The notes beneath the pieces were generated by a model, which made no database searches, was not told the origin of the DNA, and saw only the letters and a program-made list of their open reading frames with translations. Below, one piece after another: positions 56,371-64,000 of a stretch of DNA of 64,000 bases; the stretch's first letter is position 1, and every line of letters starts with the position of its first letter. The stretch is from assembly GCA_963677895.2 (NCBI GenBank), contig CAXXGJ010000017.1:128001-192000 (forward strand). Direction: 5' to 3'. The DNA is from Treponemataceae bacterium. GTDB taxonomy: Bacteria; Spirochaetota; Spirochaetia; Treponematales; Rectinemataceae. A program made the translations under genes and the position numbers.

Positions 56371-56460
56371 GGATTCCTCCTGAACTTTATGGAAAATTGG
56401 ACCCTGCTTGAGACACACGTACCCCCGGCTCAGGATCCGAATCGGGGATTAGCGCTCTGA

Positions 56461-56489
56461 TTTATAACCCAATGCCGGCATAAAGTCAA
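56461..56489 (-). promoter_or_regulatory. Proximal rpsP operon promoter
   Basis: TTGACT-N17-TATAAA. Confidence 0.55.
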
Positions 56490-56596
56490 CTCACCGCGGG
56501 GAAGGTCTCAGGAACCGAGGCATTCCCTTATGGTCAGCTTTCTCGCGCCGCGAGCCGGAAGGGCGGCGGCCAGAAGCGGAAACCATTCCCGGGCAT

Positions 56597-56737
56597 AAAA
56601 AACCCGCGGGAAGGATACTGAATAGAGTATGAATCCCACGGGGTTTCGCCCGTTGCTTATCACCGCTCCATATGGAGGGGTTTTAGCCCGGAGCCTGTCG
56701 CAGGCGGCTTCTCAGGCGACCCCTCGATATTTCTTGT
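56597..56737 (-). ncRNA. Candidate ~140-nt structured RNA (sRNA or attenuator/riboswitch); family not recognised
   Basis: Promoter TTGACA-N17-TATGGT (56772-56744); several stems; ends in hairpin CCCGTGGGA/TCCCGCGGG plus T6; no credible ORF. Confidence 0.55.
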
Positions 56738-56892
56738 ACTGAAACCATAGGCCGTCGGGGGAAGGCTGTCAATATTTTTTCGCTCTGGGCTATGGTGACA
56801 GTCCCTATCATTTTGTGATATTATCATACTGGTTGTTGGACACAGTAGGAATTCCGGAACTTATCGTTGTGCAGACAGACTACAGGAGTAAT

Positions 56893-57585
56893 ATGGAACT
56901 TGAAAAGAGTGTCGATTTCGACTTTTTCATCAGATTTGCGGAAGGATTGCAGAAGTTCCTCGGCGACAAGTGCGAGATCGTCATCCATGATTTTCGAAAA
57001 GGTTTCGAGCACACCATAGTGCACATCATCAATGGGCAGCTGAGCGGACGCGATGTGGGCGGCCCTCCCCGCGGAGGCATGATCTCCAATTCCGGGAAGG
57101 ACATAGAACCTTTCAAGGAGAGCAGGATCTACTTCTACAATGGCACCAACGAGACGAAGGGGCAGATATTCAAATCCTGCACCACCCTCATATGCGACGA
57201 GAACAGGAAGATCATCGGGTCGGTCTGCCTCAATCTCGAAATGTCCGATTTCATACTCGCGCAGAACGCGTTGCAGAATTTCGTCCGCTACAACAATCCA
57301 GACATCTCCACGCTCAAGGAGGAAGATGTGGCCTTCGAGAATGTGGATGATGTTATGCGCTATTATATGGAACAGTGCGAACAGGTCGTTGGCAAGCCAA
57401 TGTCGCTGATGAGCAAAAAAGAGAAGATAAAGGCGCTGGAGTATCTCGACAGCAAAGGTGTTTTTAAAATCACGAAAGCCAGCGTGCTTCTATGTCAAGC
57501 CTTCCATGTTTCGAAATTCACGCTCTACAGCTACCTGGAAGAGGCGAAGGGACTTCGGGAGCCAGCTGATTTGGAAAACTTGTAA
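56893..57585 (+). CDS. YheO/DauR-like regulator (PAS_6 plus HTH_22)
   Basis: CEIVIHDF, INGQLSGRDVG, IGSVCLN, LDSKGVF, VSKFTLYSYL; AGGAG RBS. Confidence 0.9.
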   Translation: MELEKSVDFDFFIRFAEGLQKFLGDKCEIVIHDFRKGFEHTIVHIINGQLSGRDVGGPPRGGMISNSGKDIEPFKESRIYFYNGTNETKGQIFKSCTTLICDENRKIIGSVCLNLEMSDFILAQNALQNFVRYNNPDISTLKEEDVAFENVDDVMRYYMEQCEQVVGKPMSLMSKKEKIKALEYLDSKGVFKITKASVLLCQAFHVSKFTLYSYLEEAKGLREPADLENL

Positions 57586-57603
57586 GGTTAAGTACCAGCG
57601 CAT

Positions 57604-57639
57604 AACGGGTTCTGACAAACGTCAGAACCCGTTTTTTTT
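57604..57639 (+). terminator. Intrinsic terminator after the YheO-like gene
   Basis: 13-bp stem AACGGGTTCTGAC/GTCAGAACCCGTT ending in a T8 tract. Confidence 0.88.
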
Positions 57640-57716
57640 GCCGTTATCCATTTCGGACATGATTGGAGGTATAGGTGAAATGTGGAAGTTTTTACGCAAA
57701 TATTTTAAAAAAAGCA

Positions 57717-57790
57717 TTGCCAGATTTAAAGAGTGCATCTATACTCTCAATATAACATACAGTTAGTATGACTAAATTACTGAATGTATG
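57717..57790 (+). promoter_or_regulatory. Catabolic operon promoter and putative operator
   Basis: TTGCCA-N17-TATACT (57717-57745), then inverted repeat CATACAGTTAGTA-N9-TACTGAATGTATG (11/13 match). Confidence 0.55.
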
Positions 57791-57942
57791 AAGTAGAAGG
57801 AAAATCCAATGCCCATAAAGAGCGCGTCGGCATAAACCGTGTCGCACCCGCTCCGGGAGGGCGCGACAAAAAGGAAAAGGGGGCAACTGTGGGTGACACA
57901 GCGAGCGCGATACAAAAAAAAGAATCGGGGTGTGGCACAACC

Positions 57943-59064
57943 GTGAAAATCGAACGAGTCGAATATATACCGGTGCGGATCGCGAAACGCGGCGCCAAAA
58001 ACGGACTCGGTTGGAAAACGGCGCTGGGCAACAATCCCTACGGCGATGCCGTCATCGTCATTCTTCACGTCGAAGGCGGCAACTTCGGCCTGGGAGAAGT
58101 GTCGTCCATCTGGGACGGCGGCGCCGGCAACCTCGTGGCGGGATTCGGGGAAAGAATAGCCGATTCCATAATCGGGTTGGATGTCTTTTCGGTCTCCGAG
58201 GCGATCGCCCGGATGGACAAGGCGATGGCCTGGAGCAAAAACGCCCTCTGCCTGAAGGCCGGCATCGAGATGGCGATGTATGACCTGATCGGCAAGCTCA
58301 AGGAGATGCCGGTGTATCAACTGCTCGGCGGTAAGCGCCGGGAGCGCATCCCCCTTTCCCATTCGGTCTCGATGGGCACAGTCGATGAACAAGTCGCCCA
58401 AGTGACCGAGCATGTAGCCTGCGGTTTCAGGACGGTGAAAGTGAAGGTCGGCATCGATTTTGAGCGCGACCTGGCGGCCGTGCGCGCCATACGCGAGCAC
58501 TTTGGTCCTGAACTTGGTATCCGCGTGGACGCGAACATGGGATGGCGCGATCAAAAAATGCTCCTCAATGTCGCCTATCAGCTTTCAGCGCTGGGGGTGC
58601 TCTCGATAGAGCAGCCCTTCGCGCCCCACGAGCTTGAGAAACTCGCTTTCATACGCAGGCACAGCCCGATTCCCATCATGCTCGACGAGAGCGTCTGGGA
58701 TCCCGTGGATGCCTTGAAAGCGATCGAAGCCGGCGCGGGGGATATCTTCAACGTTTATGTCAGCGAGTCCGGCGGGCTCAATAAGTCGATGCAGATAGCG
58801 AATCTCTGCGAGACGGCGGGAGTGGGCTTCTGCATCGGCAGCATGCCGGAATTCGGCATCGGGACCGCTGCGGAGCTTCACTTGGGCATCGCCGCGCCGC
58901 GCATCGATCATCCCAGCGACGTGATCGGCAATCTTTATTTCGTTGACGATGTCATAGCAGAAGTTTTGCCGGTAAACGAAGGCTTCGCCTATGCCGTCGA
59001 AGGCCCCGGCCTCGGGGTCAGCCTCGATTGGGACAAGGTGGAGAAATACCGCACCGACAAATAG
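57943..59064 (+). CDS. Enolase superfamily enzyme (mandelate racemase/muconate-lactonising subgroup)
   Basis: GLGE, KxK (KVKVG), metal ligands VDAN/IEQP/LDES, GPGLG; GTG start at 57943 (57889 also possible). Confidence 0.88.
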   Translation: MKIERVEYIPVRIAKRGAKNGLGWKTALGNNPYGDAVIVILHVEGGNFGLGEVSSIWDGGAGNLVAGFGERIADSIIGLDVFSVSEAIARMDKAMAWSKNALCLKAGIEMAMYDLIGKLKEMPVYQLLGGKRRERIPLSHSVSMGTVDEQVAQVTEHVACGFRTVKVKVGIDFERDLAAVRAIREHFGPELGIRVDANMGWRDQKMLLNVAYQLSALGVLSIEQPFAPHELEKLAFIRRHSPIPIMLDESVWDPVDALKAIEAGAGDIFNVYVSESGGLNKSMQIANLCETAGVGFCIGSMPEFGIGTAAELHLGIAAPRIDHPSDVIGNLYFVDDVIAEVLPVNEGFAYAVEGPGLGVSLDWDKVEKYRTDK

Positions 59065-59116
59065 AGAGTGGCCGGTGAGGCACCCTTAGGGCAGCCAAAG
59101 AGGAAAGAAAATCTAT

Positions 59117-59617
59117 ATGGACATCTATGAAAGGCTTGTGCAACTTTTGGTCGAATTGCCGCCGCACACATCTCCGAACGGAAGCTACACGCTGATGGCG
59201 GAGTTCGGCGGGCATTACTTGTATACCTCCGGAACCGGCTGCGCCTCGGGTGGAAAACCCCTCGTCGTGGGCAGGTTGGGAGAAGAAGTCTCGATCGCGG
59301 ACGGGCAGCGCGCGGCGCGTCAGTGCGTGCTGAATGTACTCTCCAACGCGAACGCCTACCTTGGGGACCTGAATCGCATACGTCGTGTGGTGAAAACCAC
59401 GGTCTTCATCGCCTGCGGGGAAGCCTTTGGTGACCAGAGCGTCGTGGCCGAGGGCGCTTCCGAACTTCTCTGCGCGCTGTTCGGCGCGGAGGGACGGGGA
59501 GTGCGCAGCGCCATCGGCGTGAGCTCTCTTCCAAAAAGCCAGGCGGTGGAGATCGAGATGATTTTCGAGTTGAAGGAAATTGGAAAGGAGCGACCGGATG
59601 ATGATCCACTGGAATGA
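59117..59617 (+). CDS. RidA/YjgF/UK114 family protein (Rid1-like)
   Basis: LYTSG, GRLG, GASELL...FG, RSAIGVSSLP, VEIE. Confidence 0.88.
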   Translation: MDIYERLVQLLVELPPHTSPNGSYTLMAEFGGHYLYTSGTGCASGGKPLVVGRLGEEVSIADGQRAARQCVLNVLSNANAYLGDLNRIRRVVKTTVFIACGEAFGDQSVVAEGASELLCALFGAEGRGVRSAIGVSSLPKSQAVEIEMIFELKEIGKERPDDDPLE

Positions 59618-60359
59618 GTTGAGCAAGGATCAATTCGAGCGGTACCGCGATACGGCGACCGTCGCCATCAACTTCGCCTCCACCGAACAGCACTCGAGGC
59701 ACCTCCCGGTGGGCACCGACGCTATCCTCGGCAAGGCGGTGCTGGAAGAGGCGGCCCGGCTGGCCACTTCCCCCATGCTCATCCTGTCGCAGGCCTGTTA
59801 CGGCTATTCTCCCCACCACCGTTTCGCGCCGGGTTATGTCACCATCTCGCAGAACACACTGATCTCCTACGCACGGGACATATGCAAAAGCGTCTACGAG
59901 AATGGTTTCAAAAGAATGTTCCTGGTCAACTCCCACGGCGGCAACCAGGTCTATCTCTCCGCCGTCATCAACGAGATCGGCGAGGAATATGGCGAGAAGT
60001 TTTCCCTCATGGAATTGCGGTACTGGGATGTCGCGGGCCCTCGCATCATGGAGATACGCGATTCGGCGTTGGGTGGCATGGGGCACGCCTGCGAATTCGA
60101 AACCTCGATGATGATGCATCTGCGGCCAGACCTGGTGCAGGCGGATAAAATCGCCGAATGCCCTCCAGTGCCAGGGGACCCATGGTTCCAGATGGATCTG
60201 CTGGGGTTCAAGAAATACCTCAAGTTCTCCAATTTCAATACCTACAACCCCGACGGCCACGTCGGACAGCCGCATCTGGCGACCGCCGAAAAAGGCAGAC
60301 TGTTCTTCGAGGCGGTCACCGAGGAACTGGCGAAATTCTTTGACTATTTCCATGTCTGA
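59598..60359 (+). CDS. Creatininase/MftE family amidohydrolase
   Basis: STEQHSRHLPVGTD, SPHH, NSHGGN, HACEFETS. Confidence 0.9.
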   Translation: MMIHWNELSKDQFERYRDTATVAINFASTEQHSRHLPVGTDAILGKAVLEEAARLATSPMLILSQACYGYSPHHRFAPGYVTISQNTLISYARDICKSVYENGFKRMFLVNSHGGNQVYLSAVINEIGEEYGEKFSLMELRYWDVAGPRIMEIRDSALGGMGHACEFETSMMMHLRPDLVQADKIAECPPVPGDPWFQMDLLGFKKYLKFSNFNTYNPDGHVGQPHLATAEKGRLFFEAVTEELAKFFDYFHV

Positions 60360-60398
60360 AAAACGATGACGAGGCGCTGAATTCGAAGGAGTGTTTGA

Positions 60399-60590
60399 AT
60401 GCCTAAATACAAGATCGAAATAAATAGGGCATGGTGCAAAGCCTGCGGGATCTGTATCGATTTTTGCCCCAAGAAAGTCCTGGGCCCCGATGAGAACGGC
60501 AAGGCTTCGGTGGTGAGTCCGGACGATTGCACGGGCTGCTCCATGTGTGAGCGCCGCTGTCCCGATTACGCAATCAAAGTGGAAGGATGA
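60399..60590 (+). CDS. 2x[4Fe-4S] ferredoxin (oxidoreductase delta subunit)
   Basis: CKACGICIDFCP and CTGCSMCERRCP. Confidence 0.92.
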   Translation: MPKYKIEINRAWCKACGICIDFCPKKVLGPDENGKASVVSPDDCTGCSMCERRCPDYAIKVEG

Positions 60591-60594
60591 GAAG

Positions 60595-61737
60595 ATGGCA
60601 GAACAGCAAGTAAAGCTTTTACAGGGGAACGAAGCCTGCGCGATGGCGGCGCTCGACGCCGGGGTCAGGTTTTTCGCCGGATACCCCATCACTCCCGCGA
60701 CGGAAATCGCCGAGATTCTCGCGAAGGAATTGCCTAAGCTGGGCGGCATTTTCATACAGATGGAAGACGAAATCGCCAGCATGGGGGCCATCATCGGCGC
60801 CTCCATCGGCGGTATGAAAAGCCTCACCGCGACGAGCGGCCCCGGTTTCACGCTGATGCAGGAGAATTTAGGATACGCGGCGATGGTGCAGGTGCCCTGC
60901 GTCATCGTGGACGTCCAGCGCGGAGGGCCCAGCACGGGAATGCCCACGCTTCCATCCCAAATGGATGTGATGCAGGCCCGCTGGGGAACGCATGGCGATC
61001 ACCCGATCGTCGTCCTCTGCCCGTCGACTGTGTACGAGTACTACATCCTGACGATCAAGGCCATCAACTTTTCCGAAATGCTGAGAACGCCGGTCATCCT
61101 TCTGGCCGACGCGATCGTGGGACATCTACGCGAGAAGGTGATTATCCCCGATAGTTCCCAAATCGAACTGGTCGAACGGAAGCGAGCCGCCCTGCCGGCA
61201 AAGGACTTCCTGCCCTTCAAGCCGGATGATGACGATGTGCCGCCCTTCATGCCCTACGGTATCGGTTACCGGTATCACATGACCAGCAACAACTACGATG
61301 AGGGCGGATACCCCGCCACCAACGATTCACAGGTAGCGGTCAAACTGCTCACACGTCTGCATCGCAAAGTCGAGAAGCGTCGCGGCGAAATAATCATGAC
61401 GGAAGAAATCATGATGGACGACGCCGAAATCGCGCTGTTCGCCTATGGATGCACGGCCCGCTCGGCGCACAGCGCGGTCGAGACGGCGCGCCAGCAGGGC
61501 ATAAAGCTGGGCCTGATAAAGGCGCTCACGCTCTGGCCCTTCCCGCGGGAAGTAGTGGAAAAATACGGGGACAAAGTAAAAGCGATCATCGTCGCCGAAA
61601 TGAACATGGGGCAGCTCGTCGGCGAAGTAGAGCGCGCGCTGAAAGACAAAAAGGCGGCCGTGCGCCAGGTGAACAGGTTTGACGGGAAAATGATAACGCC
61701 CGACCAGATTCTCGATGCCGTAAAAGAGGTGAGGTAA
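60595..61737 (+). CDS. 2-oxoacid:ferredoxin oxidoreductase alpha subunit
   Basis: QGNEA, GYPITPATE, QMEDE, TATSGPG, QRGGPSTG. Confidence 0.93.
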   Translation: MAEQQVKLLQGNEACAMAALDAGVRFFAGYPITPATEIAEILAKELPKLGGIFIQMEDEIASMGAIIGASIGGMKSLTATSGPGFTLMQENLGYAAMVQVPCVIVDVQRGGPSTGMPTLPSQMDVMQARWGTHGDHPIVVLCPSTVYEYYILTIKAINFSEMLRTPVILLADAIVGHLREKVIIPDSSQIELVERKRAALPAKDFLPFKPDDDDVPPFMPYGIGYRYHMTSNNYDEGGYPATNDSQVAVKLLTRLHRKVEKRRGEIIMTEEIMMDDAEIALFAYGCTARSAHSAVETARQQGIKLGLIKALTLWPFPREVVEKYGDKVKAIIVAEMNMGQLVGEVERALKDKKAAVRQVNRFDGKMITPDQILDAVKEVR

Positions 61738-62556
61738 ATGTCAGCACATGTTCAGGACTATCTGAGAACGAACAAGATGCCTCATATCTGGTGCCCCGGA
61801 TGCGGCACCGGCATCGTGCTCGGGGCGGTGGTGAGGGCTATCGCCACCATGGGATACAAGCGCGACGAGGTCATGGTCATCACCGGGATCGGATGCTCGG
61901 CGAGGACGAACGCCATCATCGATTTCAATACCTTCCAGACAACCCACGGAAGGGCTCTCAGCTTCGCCACCGGATTCAAGCTCGCCAGGCCCGAGATGAA
62001 GGTAATCGTGATAACCGGCGATGGCGACGGCGCCGGAATAGGGGGAAATCACCTGATCCAGACCTGCCGCCGGAATATCGACATCACGACGATACTGATC
62101 AACAACAGCATCTACGGCATGACAGGCGGCCAGTATTCCCCGCTGACCCCGATGGGAAAATACGCCACGACGTCGCCCTACGGAATGATGGAGCAATCTT
62201 TCGATGTCTGCAAGCTCGCCGAAGGCGCCGGGGCGAGCTATGTGGCCAGGAGCACCGCGTACCACGTGACGCTGCTGGAGCAGCTCATCACTAAGGCGAT
62301 GGCGCACGAAGGTTTTTCCTTTGTGGAAGCCGTGTCCCAGTGCCCGATCGGCTTCGGGCGCCGCAACAAGATGAAAACGCCCACCGCGATGCTCGAGTGG
62401 CAGCGCGACAATGCCGTGAACGTAAAGGCGGCCGCGGCCATGAGCCCCGAAGCGCTGGAGGGCAAATTTACGATAGGCGAGTTCGTGAACAAAAACGTTC
62501 CCGAATTGGTGAAGGCATACGCGGAGCTGAACAAAAACTGCGGCGCGAGAGGATAG
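61738..62556 (+). CDS. 2-oxoacid:ferredoxin oxidoreductase beta subunit
   Basis: WCPGCG, GIGCS, HGRA, GDGD...NN TPP motif, YGMTGGQ. Confidence 0.93.
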   Translation: MSAHVQDYLRTNKMPHIWCPGCGTGIVLGAVVRAIATMGYKRDEVMVITGIGCSARTNAIIDFNTFQTTHGRALSFATGFKLARPEMKVIVITGDGDGAGIGGNHLIQTCRRNIDITTILINNSIYGMTGGQYSPLTPMGKYATTSPYGMMEQSFDVCKLAEGAGASYVARSTAYHVTLLEQLITKAMAHEGFSFVEAVSQCPIGFGRRNKMKTPTAMLEWQRDNAVNVKAAAAMSPEALEGKFTIGEFVNKNVPELVKAYAELNKNCGARG

Positions 62557-62560
62557 GGCG

Positions 62561-63097
62561 ATGGAACGAAAAGAAATAGTCATAAGCGGCTCGGGCGGAC
62601 AGGGCGTCGTTCTGGGCGGTATTATCCTGGCCGAAGCCGCCGCGATCTACGACGACCTCAATGCCACGCATAATCAATCGTATGGGCCGGAGGCGAGAGG
62701 CGGAGCCAGCAAGTCGGAAGTGATTATCAGCGAAGGCGCGATTCATTTCCCCGAAATCGAAAACCCGGACATCCTCGTGGCGCTGACCCAGGAAGCGATC
62801 AGGAAGTATGGGAATACCATAAAATCACAGGGAATACTCATCGTGGATTCCAAGGTCAAGGTCGATGAAGATCTCAAAAGAAAGGCGAAAACCTTCAGCC
62901 TCCCGATAGTGGAAACGGCGATCAGCAAAGTCGGCAACGAGGTGACCGTCAATATGGTGACGTTGGGCGCTCTCGTCGCCATCACCAAGATCGTAAGCAG
63001 GGAATCCATCGAGAAGGCGGTGCTCAATCGAATTCCAAAAGGGACGGAAAACCTGAACAGGAAAGCGTTGGCGGAAGGTTTCGCGCTGGCGGAATAA
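62561..63097 (+). CDS. 2-oxoacid:ferredoxin oxidoreductase gamma subunit
   Basis: GSGGQG, SYGPEARGG, NMVTLG. Confidence 0.92.
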   Translation: MERKEIVISGSGGQGVVLGGIILAEAAAIYDDLNATHNQSYGPEARGGASKSEVIISEGAIHFPEIENPDILVALTQEAIRKYGNTIKSQGILIVDSKVKVDEDLKRKAKTFSLPIVETAISKVGNEVTVNMVTLGALVAITKIVSRESIEKAVLNRIPKGTENLNRKALAEGFALAE

Positions 63098-63137
63098 GCC
63101 AGGAAAATTTGCGCTGGTGAGCAAAGGGAGAATGGTC

Positions 63138-64000
63138 ATGGCAGTCAAAACAAAGGCCGAGTATATCGAGTCGTTGAGAAAACTGAAGCCGACGGTTTAT
63201 ATGTTCGGCGAGAAGGTCGAGAATTTTGTGGACAATCCCAGGATCAGGGCGGGGATCGAGGCGACGGGGGAAACCTATGCGGTCGCCGAGAGCCCTGAAC
63301 ATCGCGGTTCGATGATAACGAAGAGTCCCCTGATCGGGGAGGACATCAACCGCTTCACTCTGCCTCCCGGATCGCGGGAAGACTTGGTGGCGAGAGTGAA
63401 AAACAACCGGATGCTCGGCGGCAGGGTCGGGACCTGCTTCCAGCGCTGCACGGGCCTGGACTGCATCAGCGCCCTCTCCATCGTCACCTACAACATCGAC
63501 CAAAAGTATAAAACTCAGTATAACGCCAGGTTTCTGGAGTTCCTGAAATATGTCCAGAAGAACGATCTCACCTGCAACGCCGGCGTGACCGACGTAAAAG
63601 GCGATCGTTCCCTAGGGCCTTTCGAGCAGGCGGATAAGGACCAGTATTTGCGCGTGGTCGAAGAAAAGGAGGACGGCATCGTCGTGCGCGGTGCCAAGGC
63701 GCATCAGACCGGCTCCCTCTCTTCGCATGAGATCATCGTGCTGCCGACGCGCGCGATGAAAAAAGAAGACAAGGACTACGCCATCGCTTTCGCGCTTCCC
63801 GTGGATACACCCGGAATCATCCACGTCGTCGGAAGGTCCACCCTCGATATGCGCGAGCTTCAGGGCTGCGACCGGGGGAATACGAAATACTCCAAATATT
63901 GCCCCACGGTGATTTTCAATGATGTGTTCGTCCCCTGGAGCCGGGTGTTCATGTACGGCGAGACGGAGTTCGCCGGAGAGCTGGTGATGCGCTTCTCATC
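63138..64000 (+). CDS. 4-hydroxybutyryl-CoA dehydratase (AbfD)-like protein, HpaB fold; partial, runs off the right edge
   Basis: Manual translation: MAVKTKAEYIESLRKLKPTVYMFGEKV...GTCFQRCTGLDC...TDVKGDRS...VRGAKAHQTG; CFQRC Fe-S ligands; GGGAG RBS. Not in the ORF track. Confidence 0.85.
   Translation, partial: MAVKTKAEYIESLRKLKPTVYMFGEKVENFVDNPRIRAGIEATGETYAVAESPEHRGSMITKSPLIGEDINRFTLPPGSREDLVARVKNNRMLGGRVGTCFQRCTGLDCISALSIVTYNIDQKYKTQYNARFLEFLKYVQKNDLTCNAGVTDVKGDRSLGPFEQADKDQYLRVVEEKEDGIVVRGAKAHQTGSLSSHEIIVLPTRAMKKEDKDYAIAFALPVDTPGIIHVVGRSTLDMRELQGCDRGNTKYSKYCPTVIFNDVFVPWSRVFMYGETEFAGELVMRFS

Noticed and set aside
56530..56586. Long imperfect hairpin capped by CC-GGAA-GG, resembling SRP RNA domain IV
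   Set aside because: It lacks the invariant CAGG/AGCA symmetric loop, and no plus-strand promoter was evident
56640..56723. Hammerhead-like words on the minus strand (GGGGUC ... UGAUAA ... CGAAACCCC)
   Set aside because: The core would be G3/A8 rather than a paired CUGANGA, and stem I does not form in register
56597..56737. Assignment of the candidate RNA to TPP, SAH, SAM-I, glycine or c-di-GMP riboswitch classes
   Set aside because: Only isolated words match (CUGAGA, CAGGCUC, GGGCUAAA); the remaining conserved cores are absent
56371..56892. Absence of ffh upstream of rpsP as evidence of an island insertion
   Set aside because: ffh-rpsP linkage is not universal in spirochaetes, and no att site, integrase or tRNA was seen
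59406..60947. 513-aa minus-strand ORF
   Set aside because: Antisense to four well-supported genes; no recognisable domain
63138..64000. 4-hydroxyphenylacetate 3-monooxygenase call for the last gene
   Set aside because: The CFQRC Fe-S motif and anaerobic OFOR context favour the AbfD branch of the family
1..64000. CRISPR arrays, tRNA/rRNA genes, IS elements, prophage or defence systems
   Set aside because: None recognised by eye: no spaced 25-40-nt repeats, cloverleafs, transposase or integrase motifs. A tool-based scan could still find weak cases.

Overview
GC-rich bacterial chromosomal window, probably a free-living anaerobic spirochaete (Treponema/Rectinema-like; an impression from the ValS, SerS, RF1 and r-protein sequences, not a database result). 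About 68 CDS can be supported. No tRNA, rRNA, CRISPR array or transposase was recognised. Blocks, left to right: (1) nucleoside scavenging (5'-nucleotidase, ABC transporter, BMP protein, deoC) followed by a stand-alone RelA/SpoT-type HD hydrolase and valS; (2) acyl-CoA ligase, GlpA-like flavoprotein, SdhB/FrdB-like Fe-S protein and a threonine-synthase-like enzyme; (3) a 13-kb ACP-less acyl-CoA cluster with a Liv-type ABC importer, two alpha/beta hydrolases, an SCP2-type thiolase, FabG/PhaB, two non-canonical KAS III proteins, a tandem TetR and a CoA-transferase; (4) assorted housekeeping and accessory genes (padR, tatD, pepP, relA, prmC, prfA, serS, murQ, murR-like); (5) the rpsP-khpA-rimM-trmD-rplS operon; (6) a catabolic operon running off the right end (YheO-type regulator, enolase-superfamily enzyme, Rid, creatininase-family hydrolase, four-subunit 2-oxoacid:ferredoxin oxidoreductase, 4-hydroxybutyryl-CoA dehydratase-like protein). 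The best candidates for something undescribed are the two metabolic clusters, a ~140-nt structured RNA with its own promoter and terminator upstream of rpsP, a recurring leaderless-promoter architecture, and 12-nt repeat expansions inside conserved proteins. Product calls come from motif recognition by eye. Start codons were re-chosen from RBS, promoter and overlap evidence and often differ from the ORF track.
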